The notes under the pieces are model-generated. The model was not told the origin of the DNA. It saw only the letters and a list, made by a program, of their open reading frames with translations, and searched no databases. A stretch of 64,000 nt of DNA from Tubulanus polymorphus (lineage: Eukaryota > Animalia > Nemertea), in assembly GCF_964204645.1 (NCBI RefSeq), contig NC_134033.1:10424655-10488654 (forward strand), in the 5' to 3' direction. Made by a program: the position numbers and the translations under genes. Below are positions 44,629-58,873 of this stretch, piece after piece (position 1 is the stretch's first letter; the number at the start of each line of letters is the position of its first letter).

Positions 44629-47600
44629 ATGGCTGACCAGGAAGTAAAACCGGTGTCAAATATGTTTGAGAATTGGCTGCAGATGCTCGTTCCACAGCCC
44701 TGTTACGATGAATTTTTCGTCAAACACAATTTTTTCGAAGGTAACTCAAATCTTAAGCAGCGGCGTGTGTCGTGAATTACTTGCTAAACTCCGGAAATCC
44801 ACTACAATCTCAGTGAACGAGCGAATAATATAATTGCACTATTTACCGCATAATAAAGACAAGTAAACGATATTGTATACATATGGCCACGCCGGGTGTC
44901 ATTTAAAAGCTTTATTTTATCTCCCCCGTCCTTATTGTACTTGATTTTATAATCTATGGCTATGTTACGTAACAGAAAGAATTAATTGAATTCTATTGAA
45001 TTTTAAAAATCATTTTTGAAACGAAATATTTCTATTGCATACTATAGCGGCCTCGGTAGCTTAGTTAGTGAGATAAGGCTTAATGCTGTTGCATCCACTA
45101 TCAGTGCTGAGTGACAAGTGGGTTTGAGTTCTGCTGGCTGCTTACAGTGGGGTTCCCACGGGTTTTGAGAAGTCTTGGAAAGTTTTGGGAAATGGGACTT
45201 TTGTTTCCAGGCCCTGGAAAAGCGATGGAAATTTCGTTTTTCTATCAAAGGCGGGTCCTTTACAAACGACAGACGGACCTGGGACCTGGCTCTTATTGAA
45301 AACACTGTGAATGGTCATCATAATTGCTACTAATTAAATTTACTTTGAATGGTACTTTGGTTATAGCATTGGCTATAGTAGTTAGTGCATATCAAAAGTT
45401 TGCAAGTTAGGCTCTAAATGTGTTGAATGATAGGACCTGCCCTTATCATCTAGACTAAAGCCGCGATCACACCGTGACGATTTAGCCTGGGCCAAATTTG
45501 CACCGATCAGGCTAGGGCCAAGTTTGGCCCGTGCCTAATTAGAGAGCGCGTTCACACGCAAACCACTCACTTCAAAGCGAAGTGGATCATTTCCGGTGCC
45601 AGTTGCAATTCAAACGCAATCATTTGTCTGGTGCTAAAATTAGGCTTGGGCCTGGTCCGACGTTTTTGGTCTATCATTTGCTTTCTCCTTGATGAGACCT
45701 ACGTTGCCTGTTTCTAGGGGTAACGGGTAAAAATCCCTGTGGTTAATATCCCCCCCCCCCCAGTAAAATTCCCCTAGGTTGGCGATGTATAACTTAGTGG
45801 TATGGAAAATTTGTAATCTGGGTATGGAAAAGGTATGGAAAATGATATTGGCCAACCTGTGGGAACCCTGATACAGTGTGCGGGCAACACTTCAAAGGCC
45901 GTCCCGTCGTGAGGTTTAATGAATAATCCAATAGGGTTAGTCTTAGGAAACCAAGATCCAATCGACTTAAGACCAAACAAATAAACAAGCAAACAACTTA
46001 ATTTTTTTCAGTCGTGTGTTTAAAGATTTTACTGAGTAAAGTCCTGGGCTACGCGATCATTGTAGGGTCTGTTTTAGGTAAGTTGATTCATGAAGTTCTT
46101 AAATTATTATCTTAAAAAAATCATATGAATTTTAGATGTTTTTTTACTGGTCGTATTTTCAGTAAAACTGCCTCAGATTGTGAAGATTCTCTCGGCTAAA
46201 AGCGGCGCTGGGATCAGCATGCTTAGTATAATTATGGAACTGGTAGCTATAGCTTCAGCTGCTGCTTACGGCTGGGCGATGAAATACCCTTTCAGGTAAA
46301 AAGCAATCGATATCTGCCAATTATACTCACTGTGGAAATTCCACAATATTCTGATACTTTTTGTATATGAAGTGCAGTAGACTCTGCGCGAATTTGATTG
46401 ATCTACTGTGCTCGGAGATTACAAATTTCAGTGCAAACGATCTGAAAAGTATAATGTAGGCCTAGACCCTAGAATTTCAGAACTGTAATCCCTAGAACTC
46501 CACAACTGTAGACCCTAGAACTCCACAACTTTAGGCTCTAGCACTCCACAACTGTAGACCCTAAAACTTCACAGCTGTATACCCTACAACTCAAACACTG
46601 TACCCCTAAAACTTAACAACTGTAGGCCCTAGGGCTCCCCAATTGTAAACCCTAGAATTTCACAACACTATGGACCCTAGAACTCCCCAACTGTAGCCCC
46701 TAAAACTATAACTGTAGACCCTAGGACTCTACAATTGTAGAGCCTTGAACTTCACAGCTGTGGACCCTAAATTTCGCAACTGTAGATCTTAGAACTCCAG
46801 AACTGTAGACCTTAAACCTCCACAACTGTGTGAAACCCCCTGGTACCCCCACTGTAGTTCTGTGTGAACCCCTGGTACCCATACCACTGTAGTTCTGTGT
46901 GAACCCCTGGTACCCATACCACTGTAGTTCTGTGTGAACCCCTGGTACCCATACCACTGTAGGTCTGTGTAAACCCCCTGGTATCCATGCCACTGTAGTT
47001 CTGTGTGAACCCCTGGTACCCTACCACTGTAGTTCTGTGTGAACCCGTGATACCCATACCACTGTAGTTCTGTGTGAACCCCCTGGTACCCATGCCACTG
47101 TAGTTCCGTGTGAACCCCTGGTACCCATATCATGTAGTTCTGTGTGAACCCCTGGTACCCATACCACTGTAGGTCTGTGTGAACCCCCTGGTACCCATAC
47201 CACTGTAGTTCTGTGTGAACCCCTGGTACCCATACCACTGTAGTTCTGTGTGAACCCCTGGTACCCATACCACTGTAGTTCTGTATGAACCCCTGGTACC
47301 CATACCACTGTAGTTCTGTGTGAACCCCCTGGTACCCATATCACTGTAGGTCTGTGTGAGCCCCCTGGTACCCATACCACTGTAGGTCTCTGTGAACCCC
47401 CTGGTACCCATATCACGGTAGGTCTGTGTGAACCCCCTGGTACCCATACCACTGTAGGTCTGTGTGAGCCACCTGGTACCCATACCACTGTAGGTCTGTG
47501 TGAGCCCCCTGGTACCCATACCCCTGTAGTTCTGTGTGAACCCCCCGGTACCTATACCACTGTAGGCCTGTGTGAACCCCCTGGTACCCATACCACTGTA

Positions 47601-50600
47601 GGTCAGTGTGAACCCCCTGGTACCCATACCACTGTAGTTCTGTGTGAACCCCTGGTACCCATACCACTGTAGTTCTGTGTGAACCCCCTGGTACCCATAC
47701 CACTGTAGTTCTGTGTGAACCCCCTGGTACCCATATCACTGTAGGTCTCTGTGAACCCCCTGGTACCCATACCACTGTAGGTCTGTGTGAGCCCCTGGTA
47801 CCCATATCACTGTAGGCCTGTGTGAACCCCTGGTACCCATACCACTGTAGGTCTGTGTGAGCCCCCTGGTACCCATATCATTGTAGGTCTGTGTGAACCC
47901 CCTGGTACCCATACCACTGTAGGTCTGTGTGAGCCCCCTGGTGCCCATACCCCTGTAGGTCTGTGTGAGCCCCCTTGTACCCATATCACTGTAGGTCTGT
48001 GTGAGCCCCCTGGTACCCATACCACTGTAGTTCTGTGTGAACCCCCTGGTACCCATACCACTGTAGGTCTGTGTGAGCCCCCTGGTACCCATCACTGTAG
48101 GTCTGTGTGAGCCCCCTGGTACCCATATCATTGTAGGTCTGTGTGAACCCCTGGTACCCATACCACTGTAGGTCTGTGTGAGCCCCTGGTACCCATACCA
48201 CTGTAGGTCTGTGTGAGCCCCCTGGTACCCATATCATTGTAGGTCTGTGTGAACCCCCTGGTACCCATACCACTGTAGGTCTGTGAGCCCCCGGGTACCC
48301 ATACCCCTGTAGGTCTGTGTGAGCCCCCTGGTACCCATATCACTGTAGGTCTGTGTGAGCCCCCTGGTACCCATACCCCTGTAGTTCTGTGTGAACCCCC
48401 CGGTACCCATTCCCCTGTAGGTCTGTGTGAGCCCCCTGGTACCCATATCATTGTAGGTCTGTGTGAACCCCCTGGTACCCATACCACTGTAGGTCTGTGT
48501 GAGCCCCCGGTACCCATACCACTGTAGGTCTGTGTGAGCCCCTGGTACCCATATCATTGTAGGTCTGTGTGAGCCCCCTGGTACCCATACCCCTGTAGTT
48601 CTGTGTGAACCCCCCGGTACCCATACCCCGTAGGTCTGTGTGAGCCCCCTGGTACCCATATCACTGTAGGTCTGTGTGAGCCCCCTGGTACCCATATCAT
48701 TGTAGGTCTGTGTGAACCCCCTGGTACCCATACCCCTGTAGGTCTGTGTGAGCCCCCTGGTACCCATATAATTGTAGGTCTGTGTGAACCCCCTGGTACC
48801 CATATCACTGTAGGTCTGTGTGAACCCCCTGGTACCCATATTGTAGGTCTGTGTGAAACCCCCTGGTACCCATACCACTGTAGGTCTGTTTGAACCCCCT
48901 GGTACCAATATCACTGTAGGTCTGTGTGAACCCCCTGGTACCCATATCACTGTAGGTCTGTGTGAACCCCCTGGTACCCATATCACCGTAGGTCTGTGTG
49001 AACCCCCTGGTACCCATATCACCGTAGGTCTGTGTGAACCCCCTGGTACCCATATCACCGTAGGTCTGTGTGAACCCCCTGGTACCCATATCACCGTAGG
49101 TCTGTGTGAACCCCCTGGTACCCATATCACTGTAGGTCTGTGTGAACCCCCTGGTACCCATATCACCGTAGGTCTGTGTGAACCCCCTGGTACCCATATT
49201 ACCGTAGGTCTGTGTGAACCCCCTGGTACCCATATCACTGTAGGTCTGTGTGAACCCCCTGGTACCCTTTCCCCTGTATTTCTCTGTTAAAGTATTGATA
49301 ATATGTCTCTGTGTTTCTAGTGCCTATGGAGAAGGAATATTTCTGATGATTCAGACAACTCTGATTGGTTTTTTCGTGCTGATATTTGGGGGTCAGATGG
49401 CTCTGAGTTTTGTATTTATCGGTGTATTTGGTGGTAGTATCGCGTATCTGATGTCACCTGCTGCTCCTATTGAACTATTGAGGTTCCTTCAGGCTAGTAA
49501 TATGCCCGTTGTAGCTGTCAGTAAGGTTAGTATTAGAATCTAGAATTGATGTTTCGATGTGAAGAGTCACTTGCTCCTTACTAGGGTTGATTTATTCAGT
49601 GAAATACATCGTGTAAGGTTAGGAGAATAGTTAAGGTTTATTTTCAAAAAGAAACGTTCCGGAAAATTCACTGATTTTGAGCGATAGTACATTCACAGTC
49701 TATGGGACTCAGTTCCACAGTTTTGAGTTCGGGGGGTTAAAACGTTGAAAATGAACTTTAATTTCAAGTCAATTTTACTGTGACTCCTTAACTGTGTAAC
49801 TGGATCCTTTGATTCTGAAAGTTCTGTTTATTTGTTCTCGGGCTTCCCCGTGACCCTTGGTCTGTCTGTGTGTGTGTGTCTGACATTCAGCTGATTAGCT
49901 TCGTTAATAGTGGGTCGATCTTGATGAAACTTTGGTACAATGTTATTACGGGGGCAGAGCTAAGAATGGGCCCAGTGCGCCACCTAGCAGCGTCTGAAAG
50001 TTCTGTTTATTTGTTCTCGGGCTTCCGCGTGACCCTTGGTCTGTCTGTCTGTGTGTGTCTGACATTCAGCTGATTAGCTTCGTTAATAGTGGGTCGATCT
50101 TGATGAAACTTTGGTACAATGTTATTACGGAGGCAGAGCTAAGAATGGGCCCAGTGCGCCACCTAGCAGCGTAAGTAGACACAAAAACCCTGTTATCAGC
50201 GACATGACCTTGAAAGTTGTCTCGACAAATTTAAGCTATTGGCCCTAGGTACAACATACCCGCAATGCTATGGGAACTAATGTATAGTATTTGGAGCCCG
50301 AGCCCGAGAACCACTGTCGCCTATTACGGTTTTTTTTATCGACTAACGATATCGTCGACAAATTTTTCAGTTCATCCAGATTATAGCCAACTACCGAAAC
50401 GGAAGCACCGGTCAACTGTCGGCTATAACGTTACTGTTACTGTTCGCCGGGTCTCTAGCGAGAATATTCACGTCGATACAAGAAACGGGAGATAATCTGA
50501 TCATAGTGACGTACGTCGTGGCCAGCGTGTGTAATGGTTTACTCGTTCTACAGCTCGTCTATTACTGGAATACTGGAGCAGCAGCCGGCAAAAAACAAAA

Positions 50601-50634
50601 TAAAAAACAACAAAATAGGAAGAAAAAACAATAG
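44629..50634 (+). CDS. MPDU1: Mannose-P-dolichol utilization defect 1 protein (PQ-loop), 5 exons, 259 aa
   Basis: Exons 44629-44740, 46012-46077, 46163-46295, 49321-49525, 50371-50634. Motifs [67 protein letters not shown] and a Lys-rich tail. Confidence 0.95.
46465..46825. repeat. Degenerate ~23-bp minisatellite
   Basis: ccctagaactccacaactgtaga units. Confidence 0.9.
46826..49268. repeat. Minisatellite, ~36-37-bp unit, MPDU1 intron 3
   Basis: ccctggtacccataccactgtag(t/g)tctgtgtgaac(c)c repeated over ~2.4 kb. Confidence 0.97.
49814..50172. repeat. Tandem duplication of ~179 bp
   Basis: tctgaaagttctgtttatttgttctcggg...cacctagcagcgt occurs twice. Confidence 0.9.
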
Positions 50635-50652
50635 CTTCGGACTGGTAGATAT

Positions 50653-50658
<6 letters not shown>

Positions 50659-50708
<50 letters not shown>
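50659..50708. repeat. (TA)n microsatellite in the MPDU1 3' region
   Basis: Pure TA run. Confidence 0.97.
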
Positions 50709-50710
<2 letters not shown>

Positions 50711-50768
50711 TTTAATGTTTATGTACGGTATCAAAAATACCTCTTTATGTATTTTTGACGGTATGCAG

Positions 50769-51903
50769 GGCTCAGTAGCGCAGTCGTGACTTCAGTCCGG
50801 TCTCAAATCTTAAGGCTGGTCTTTTTGACAACTATCGTGTGGCCAATCTAACAAATTAATACTAGTCTTTAGATGTTTTTTTGGTCATACAAAGTTGTCT
50901 TAAATCGTTAAAACTAGTTGATCAAAACTGTTAGATTGGCTGTAGATGTTAGATTTGTTAAAGAACCGAATTGAGCTTAGACTGGTCTTAAGTTATTAGA
51001 TTGGTTATACATTTGTAGAACAAAAATGAACCTAACTGATCACGAGTTTGTTAGATTGGTTATACGAAGAACCAAAATGAGTTCAGACTGGTCTTTAAGT
51101 CGTAAGGTTAGCTATAGAACCAAGATGAGCTTAGACTGGTCTTAAGTTGTTAGATTGGTTATAGAACCAAAATGAGTTTAGACTGGTCTTAAGTCATTAG
51201 ATTGGCTATAGAACCAAAATGAGTTAAGACATCGTAAGTCGATTGGTTATAGAACCAAAATGAGTCTTGACTGATCTCGAGTAAGTTAGATTGGTTATAG
51301 AACCAAAATGAGCTTAGACTGGTCTTAAGTTGTTAGATTGGTTATAGAACCAAAATGAACTTAGACTGGTCTTAAGTCGTAAGATTAGCTATAAAACCAA
51401 AATGAGTCTTGACTGATCTCGAGTAAGTTAGATTGGTTATAGAACCAAAATGAGCTTAGACTGGTCTTAAGTTGTTAGATTGGTTATAGAACCAAAATGA
51501 ACTTAGACTGGTCTTAAGTCGTAAGATTAGCTATAAAACCAAAATGAGTCTTGACTGATCTCGAGTAAGTTAGATTGGTTATAGAACCAAAATGAGCTTA
51601 GACTGGTCTTAAGTTGTTAGATTGGTTATAGAACCAAAATGAACTTAGACTGGTCTTAAGTCGTAAGATTAGCTATAAAACCAAAATGAGTCTGCTCTAG
51701 AATTGTTAGATTGGTTATAGAACCAAAATGAACTTAGACTGGTCTTAAGTCGTAAGATTAGCTATAAAACCAAAATGAGTCTGCTCTAGAATTGTTAGAT
51801 TGGTTATAGAACAAAAATAAGCTTAGACTGGTCTTAAAGTCGTTAGATAAGCTATGGATATGAGATGAATGTAGACTGTAAGCCATGACTCTGCAACTAG
51901 TCC
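50769..51903. mobile_element. MITE with internally expanded tandem array
   Basis: Ends match the 58425-58562 MITE; the interior is a ~45-bp repeat (gttagattggttatagaaccaaaatgagcttagactggtcttaa). Confidence 0.8.
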
Positions 51904-54900
51904 TAGATTTGAACCGTTAAGAGCTGCTGGGTCCACGCATTGATTTATTGTAGACTTAAGAAAAATTACAAAAAAAAAGATTTCATATTGTAATATTTAT
52001 CATTTCCATCAATGATTCATTAATCATTCTCGTAAGAAATTGTGTAAAATGTTTTTTGTTGTTCAGGGTGAGTTTTCTCCATATTCCGCAACAATCTTTG
52101 TCCATCATTCTCGGTCACCAGTCCTGTCTCAGCTAATTTAACAATGAATGAAATGCGAATATTTTCATAAGGTACAAAAATTGGGATCAATTTCCGCGGT
52201 TGTTGGTTACACCATTATTTATATGAATGAAATTATTTTAACTCTTTGAGCCGGACTTACGACAACTGCGGAAACTGGGACCAGAAAATTTCGACAATCT
52301 TAGAATATTTATTTGTTTATTTCTGCAAATTCGCAGAGCTGTCAACTGTTCTTCTTCCTGATTTTCAGTATTTTGTAACTATTTCGTCTCGTAAAATACT
52401 TGATTTGTTCAATGTTTACTGGAAATGATCTGAAATATGTTACTGAAGGTCTAACTATTGATTACCGATTCATATGAACATTTTCTTTCATATTCCGATG
52501 AAATGTTACGGGAAAGAAATACAACCTGATTAGCACTTTTCAGAGGTTGGCAGCCGTGAATTCGATTATTCAGAAGTTTAGAAAATATTTATTGATTCCC
52601 AAAGTAAAATATGATCTCCGTTTTATATTAGTTGAATGTTTTAATGCCGATTTAGTGTTACCGCAGCGTCACCGCGTTCCCCCGGAGAAAGAATTCCAGT
52701 TCTCCGAGTTCTGGATTACACTCGGTTTAAAACTGTAGATATTTATAATTGAACTGATTTTGAAAGTCTGCGGTCCTGTTACTATTTCCTGTTCAAAGAA
52801 ATGCTGAATGATTGAGTGTTGTGACGGATACAATTTGTATCGTGACAAAAGATTGAATAAAATCTTTATTTCAAATTGAATATTGCTTCTTGTTTTTCTT
52901 GTGCGGGCTAAATTTCTCCGTTGCTGGCTACAGTAAGTAGAGACTAGGGAGAGAGAAATTGAGACATAAAGGAGGGCTGTGTCGGACAGAGACGAAGGAG
53001 AAAGGAGAGGGGAGCTGTATGGGGGGGGGGGAGAAACAGAAAGGAGAGGGAAGGAGAGCTGTGTCGGACATAGACGAAGGAGAAGAGGGCTGTGTCGGAC
53101 AGAGATGAAGGAGAAAGGAGCGGGAAGAAGGGCAACTGTCTAGCAGAGGAGGGCTGTATCGGGAGTGTACGTCGGACAGAGAGTCGAGAAATGAAGAGAA
53201 ACTAAAGGGGAGCCATGTCTCGGGAAGAAGCGAGAGAGAGAAGGAGAGCTGTATCGGAGACGGAGCCGGGAAAGAGTTTTAATTACGAATCGAGTTATCA
53301 CCCAATTTGCTGACTAGCAGGCGATAATTTCCGACCGGAAGTGAATTTCACGCGGTCGTCTGTGTGAAATATGGCGCGCTGAAAGTGAGTTCTATTTCCG
53401 GTTCGGCTGCTGAAACTCCACGCTGCATTTTCCGGTGAACTTTCCTTTAACGGCTAGATCACGTGACGAGTGCCAAGACAGATTTTTCGAGTCGCCGAGC
53501 TTTATTACCTTGACCTTGAACTTTCTGTTTACAAACAAGTTTTTTCTGCAATTCCTTTTCTCCAACCATGATACCATTTAAAGCATCAAATGAACGTCTT
53601 ATCAAAATGAGATCTAATTTAACGACATAGAAATTCGCGACTTGACAATAAATCGACAATGAATATAAATGTAAAACCTTTTTTGACGCCTTATAAAATG
53701 TTACCATTATGAAACCTAAACAATGTTAACCATTCAGCGTCATTTTACAAACGACAACCGTAAATCGATGTGCAAAACGTCACAGGTCTATGTGTACACA
53801 TACAAGCTATTTGGCAAAATATCATTGACAAAGATGTAGAATGGCTTCCTGTGATTATATAATGACCTCTATTTGAACGTCGAAATGTTATATTGCATTG
53901 AATATCATGAGAAGACGTATTTCAATAGTAAAGGATGTGTGATTATATCAGGAGCGGCGGGCATATATAGAAATGATAAGTAACTCGGATTATTCGGTTA
54001 AATGGCGTATGTATACACGATTTGGAAGTCTGATATAAAAGTCAGATCCTGACATGGGGATGCTGGTGGAATGACGAAGCTATCTACGATCTGTGTAGGG
54101 CCGGCGTGAATTACATCGGCGGCTACAAGCGGTCTATATAAAAATGTGTTAACATATAATTTCATTATTCAAATGTTTTAGAAAATATGTTCGATATTAG
54201 GGGTATGCAGGTTTCATGAGATTAGCAATTTATAATAGCATAGCTGTCATAAACGGCTCTGCGTCCACTGATGACATGTGTATTAGGTTCAATTCAATTC
54301 TTTATTGATCCTTATTACATTGAAATTCCGGGATAAAATTCCCAAATTCAATAGTTACAAAATTTGAAATAAGAAAATACAAGGCGCACGGGTAATTCAT
54401 ACAGAATAAGATGAATAAGTTATTTAAATGACGATGTCTACTTCAACCCAAACTCAAGTCTAGGATATCGAGTGACAGCCAAACCGGGATGCTCGAAGTC
54501 ATGATGAAGCAGACATGAGAAAAGCTCTTTCTTCAACCATGGAGGCAATGAAGTTGCAGACCAGCTTAGAGGCAAAAGTGAATCGAAGTCGGTCGCAAGT
54601 TGACAATTCTTTTTTTTTCATTAGACCAGTCGAAGACCTGCATCATCTACCCAATCACCAAATCTCATAATTCCCCAAATTTCTTAAAACTTCGATTTCA
54701 AATTTGCAATTCCACATTAGCTTATCCCAGAAATTCTACATTTTTTCGCAGGCGTCAAATAATTTATTAGAATTAATTTTCTTGTTTCGAATATCTACTT
54801 AGATTGTACTCACATTGCAGTTGCCCCAAGTGCAAAATGGATCATTTCATTGCGTTTTTAAGATCGCGCAATCTGAGCGTCTCATTTCCCTCCCTCCTGC

Positions 54901-56916
54901 ACTTTTCCCCGTCTCATCCTCCTTACTAGCCACCGCCCCCTCTCCCTTCTCTCTCACTCTCTGTCCCTTCTTCTCTCTCCCCCTCTCCCATTCCCTCGTG
55001 TCCCACACTCTCCTCCCTAACCGTACTTCTTTCTAAGCCCTTCGGGACAAAAGCGAGACTTTATTATCTTTCATTACGACTTGCGCTATCGCCATTTAAT
55101 TTCTGTATATTAAATAATTTAGACGGTGCTCCCTTCAATCAGCGAGGATCAACTGGGATTAACTACAATTCATATCAATTCGTTACGCATTTGCATAACA
55201 AAACCCGTCGCGTACGACTCGAGCGTTATTTGCATTTTATTTCTAAAGCTCGTCTAGTATTTGATCGAATTTGATCCAATTTTGACAGCGCCGCGCGACC
55301 AATTATTATTATTTGTATCGTGGTTGGGGTTCAGCTGAATTTGCTATTAATCTCGATTGCAGCAGCGCTGGTCGAGTCGAGTCCCAGCAGGTCACACACA
55401 TATATGTGTAGCCTCAATTCAGTGTTTTATTTATGGGTTTAATATTTAATTTATGTCATTTAAGTTATTAACATCAACATTAAGGATGATCGTTTAGGAA
55501 GCAAACGCTTATTCATATCGTTATAACTATTTGTATTGCAATTTGGACGCTCCCGATGGGCTTGAGATGATCATTAATCTTTCTTTGAACCGTCCTCGCT
55601 GAATTGTTAACTCATTACATATTGACATCATTGTAACGATACAAATTTACATGTAAGTACACCTATTGTATGAATATATAATGTAAAAACAATTGCAGTA
55701 AATAAAGTTATTTTTAATAATGATAATAATTTGGGTGACTTGGGGTGCCCAATACCCCAGGCTATCTTAAAGGCCTACGCTGCTTCACTCAATAAGCCTT
55801 TTACCCCGTATAGAAATTATTGGTGATACATATACGTACACGCCCGCCGTTCCACGGCACAACCAGCCTGCCCTATCCTTTCTAACCGCCCAGTGAAAGT
55901 ATTGCTACTTCGCAACGAGGTTTCAAAACAAGCCCAGAGCCTCGGGTGGGGGCGTTTGTCCGTTCGAACTAACGCTCCTTTTTAAGAAAGTGCCCCTCAT
56001 AGAAAAAAAATTCTGATCCGAATTGTGACGTGTTATGTTTGGTCCCCATTTATTGATTGATAAGTTTGTATGGAATTTATTGACGATAATTTGGCCCTAG
56101 TGACCCAAAGTTTGAAAAAGAGCTAAAGATTCGCTGAATACTCAGAGAATCCATCTTAAGGGGAATATATTTATGGGCCGGAGAACATTTTTCTTTTATG
56201 AAAACTGGGCCGGGGAATAGTTTTATGACAAATATCGGGAGGGGGGGGTAACTTCGTGGTGTGCTCGCTTTCCGGAGATGCAGGGGGAACGTGTAAAAGA
56301 GTGTCTTTTTCATAATCTAAGAACGCCTCGTTTAAAATCTGGCTACGGGTTTGTCAAAAAAGGCTTCGACAGGTGGCGACGATCTGTCAAGTTGGAGTTT
56401 AGTTTCGCAAAATATCGGCAGATGGCGCGGCGATACGATTTTGTCGAAAATGGCGCGGAAAATTCGAAATGATGGAATTATCATCCGGACTGTTTGATCG
56501 AATCGATTTGTTGTTCACGTTGAGCTCTGTGTTCATATTGTATTCACCAATTACTGATAATTGCCTTGCTTTTCTACTGATTCCAAACTAATCCATTGCT
56601 GGAACGGTAGACAGACTCATCCCGTTAAAAGCTACCGCGCGGCGGCTCTCAGTCTCCCCACCTTTCCCCCGTCCGGCTCAGCTGACGTGTGCACCATATG
56701 TAAACATTTCTAATTTCTTTAATGTTCTCACTCCCCTCTCTGATCCCTCTCGCTCGCTCTACCCAGACCCCGAGTCCAATCGGATTTTTGACTTATCCGA
56801 TTTTCAGAAGTCCAATATTCGACGACTGTTTCAGCATCCCTGAGTATGTCCTAGTGTGACAGAAGGTCATGTGCACTGTGACCAAAGACCGGTATTTCAT
56901 TAGCTGATTGGTTTCC

Positions 56917-56949
<33 letters not shown>

Positions 56950-58424
56950 GGAGGAAAAGGGAGATGTACCGCTGCGATTCTGATTAAAGAATAGCTCGAT
57001 CGATCTCTTTTCACGTCTCGGATCTAATTCCACAAAGTGACGAAATGGCATTTTATCAATCTGGATCCAATTCAACATCTCTCTCAATGTCTCTCCTCTC
57101 AGCTCTACCAACTCCTAATCCCATTGTTTTAATTACGATACGATTCCCCTCGTTATTTCGCTGCACCATCTGTTTACCGGAGTTCGGTTCGGTCCAACCA
57201 TCGGAGTCCATGGCCCTACTGCAGAAAATACGCAACACAATTTTGAGGTGAAGCCAGATACATTCACGGTAAGAGCGGGTCCAGTTTTTGTCCTAGCAGA
57301 AATCCGCATTTGTTTGTTTTAAACAAATCGTTTTTCATACATTTGATATGGAAATTAATATGGCCATATGAGGACCTCCTGCAAACCTCATGCAACCCAT
57401 CTATCCCAATAGGTGGCGTGTACAACACTAGGACGACTCAATGTATATGAGAAATCTCTTGGTGAACTCAGATTACAAAATATAGCGCGATTCTTAATCA
57501 TCATTCGTAGAATTAAGAAATTATAGATAGATTTTCTGAGAATCTGAGAAGAAATCCGGCATCTTTATGCCTGAATGCACACACTAGCGCCCCTGGTGGA
57601 TCCTCACTTGCCAAAAGCGGAATCCTCGATCACCCCAGTGGAATTCAGAGTCCTAACTCTGAGTGACAGTCACACAAGGATGTGATAGGCTGACGTCACC
57701 CCCTCCCGCTGAGGTAGTGTCTTGTCTGCCTTTTGTTCGCCTGGTGAAACAAGCTGTTACAGAGAGCAACTCCGCGACAAACACACGGCATATTAAAACT
57801 GCGTGAAATTTGAGCCGTTTTTTACGCTGACTATTGAAAGAAAGAGACACATTCAGTCAGTCACAATGAATCGAAGCTCCATCACACAGTGTTCAGCTAT
57901 ACGGTCTCTCATTCTTATATTATTTATCATTTGACGACTCAAACTCGGTTTATATTAAACACAAAACGAACAATAAAACGCGGTTCCGGACTCGGATCGA
58001 ATTTCCATCGCCGCAATTTCTAATTCTGATATGAGCCTTATTTTTTCGTGTCGTCGATAAAAGCGATATATTGGACGATATTGTTGTATCCGTTAAATAC
58101 GGCGGGCGGCCGCCGGCGGTGTCTGGGGTCCACGTAAAATTCATTAGACTCTCTGCTGTATATCAGGTTTATTGCCGTGAATGAATCCTCCTTAATCTGA
58201 CTTAAAACTGCTGCTATTGTAACGATGAGAATTCAGATTCGCTGCGGGGTCAGCGTTTAACAATGCAATACAGAAAATATAACGTTATTAGCAGTTAATC
58301 AGAAAACCCAATTCATTATTATCATAGTTCCTACCTCACAGTTGTGATTATCTGACGATCATTTCGATTAGCATTCTGATAGAGGATATTTGAGTCGGAC
58401 TATCAACTCGGTCTTTGAAACCAG

Positions 58425-58562
58425 GGGCCAGTTGCACAGTCGTGACTTAAGTCCAAACTTGGTCTTAAATCTTCAGCCTGGTCTTAAGTTGTTAGATTGG
58501 CTACAGAACTAAGTTGGTCTTAGACTGGTCTTAAATGTAAGCCATGACTATGCAACTGGCCC
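58425..58562. mobile_element. Short MITE with CAG target duplication
   Basis: cag|gggccagttgca ... tgcaactggccc|cag. Confidence 0.85.
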
Positions 58563-58743
58563 CAGTTCCTCTTCGATAAAACTCAATCGCGAATAGTTGC
58601 GTAATATTTCCCTGCCAAATGAAAGTGAAGATGTTGAAATTACAAACTTTCCGACTTAAACGCCCCCTGTAGGCCAATAAAAGAAATGATTCTAAAAAGC
58701 ACATACTTTACGTGATAGTCCACATGCCCAGATGTAACCCCTG

Positions 58744-58873
58744 GGGCCGGTTGCATAGTCATGGCTTAGACTTAAGACCAGTCTAAGACCAACTTAGTTC
58801 TATAGCTAATCTAACAACTTAGGACCAGTCTTAAGATTTAAGACCACTTTTGGACTTAAGTCACGACTGTGCC
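58744..58873. mobile_element. Second copy of the same MITE, inverted, one TIR truncated
   Basis: gggccggttgcatagtcatggctta...cttaagtcacgactgtgc is the reverse complement of the 58425 copy. Confidence 0.8.

Noticed and set aside
46721-49290. Many repetitive ORFs ([21 protein letters not shown]) and a CRISPR-like look
   Set aside because: Translations of an intronic minisatellite; no unique spacers and no cas genes.
52019-52735. Minus-strand exon-like segments with good splice signals (52019-52126, 52261-52429, ~52662-52732)
   Set aside because: The middle segment has stops in all three frames and no recognisable protein; at most a pseudogene or lncRNA.
57045-57275. Possible first exon (MALLQKIRNTILR, nearby GT donors)
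   Set aside because: No downstream exons or homology recognisable.
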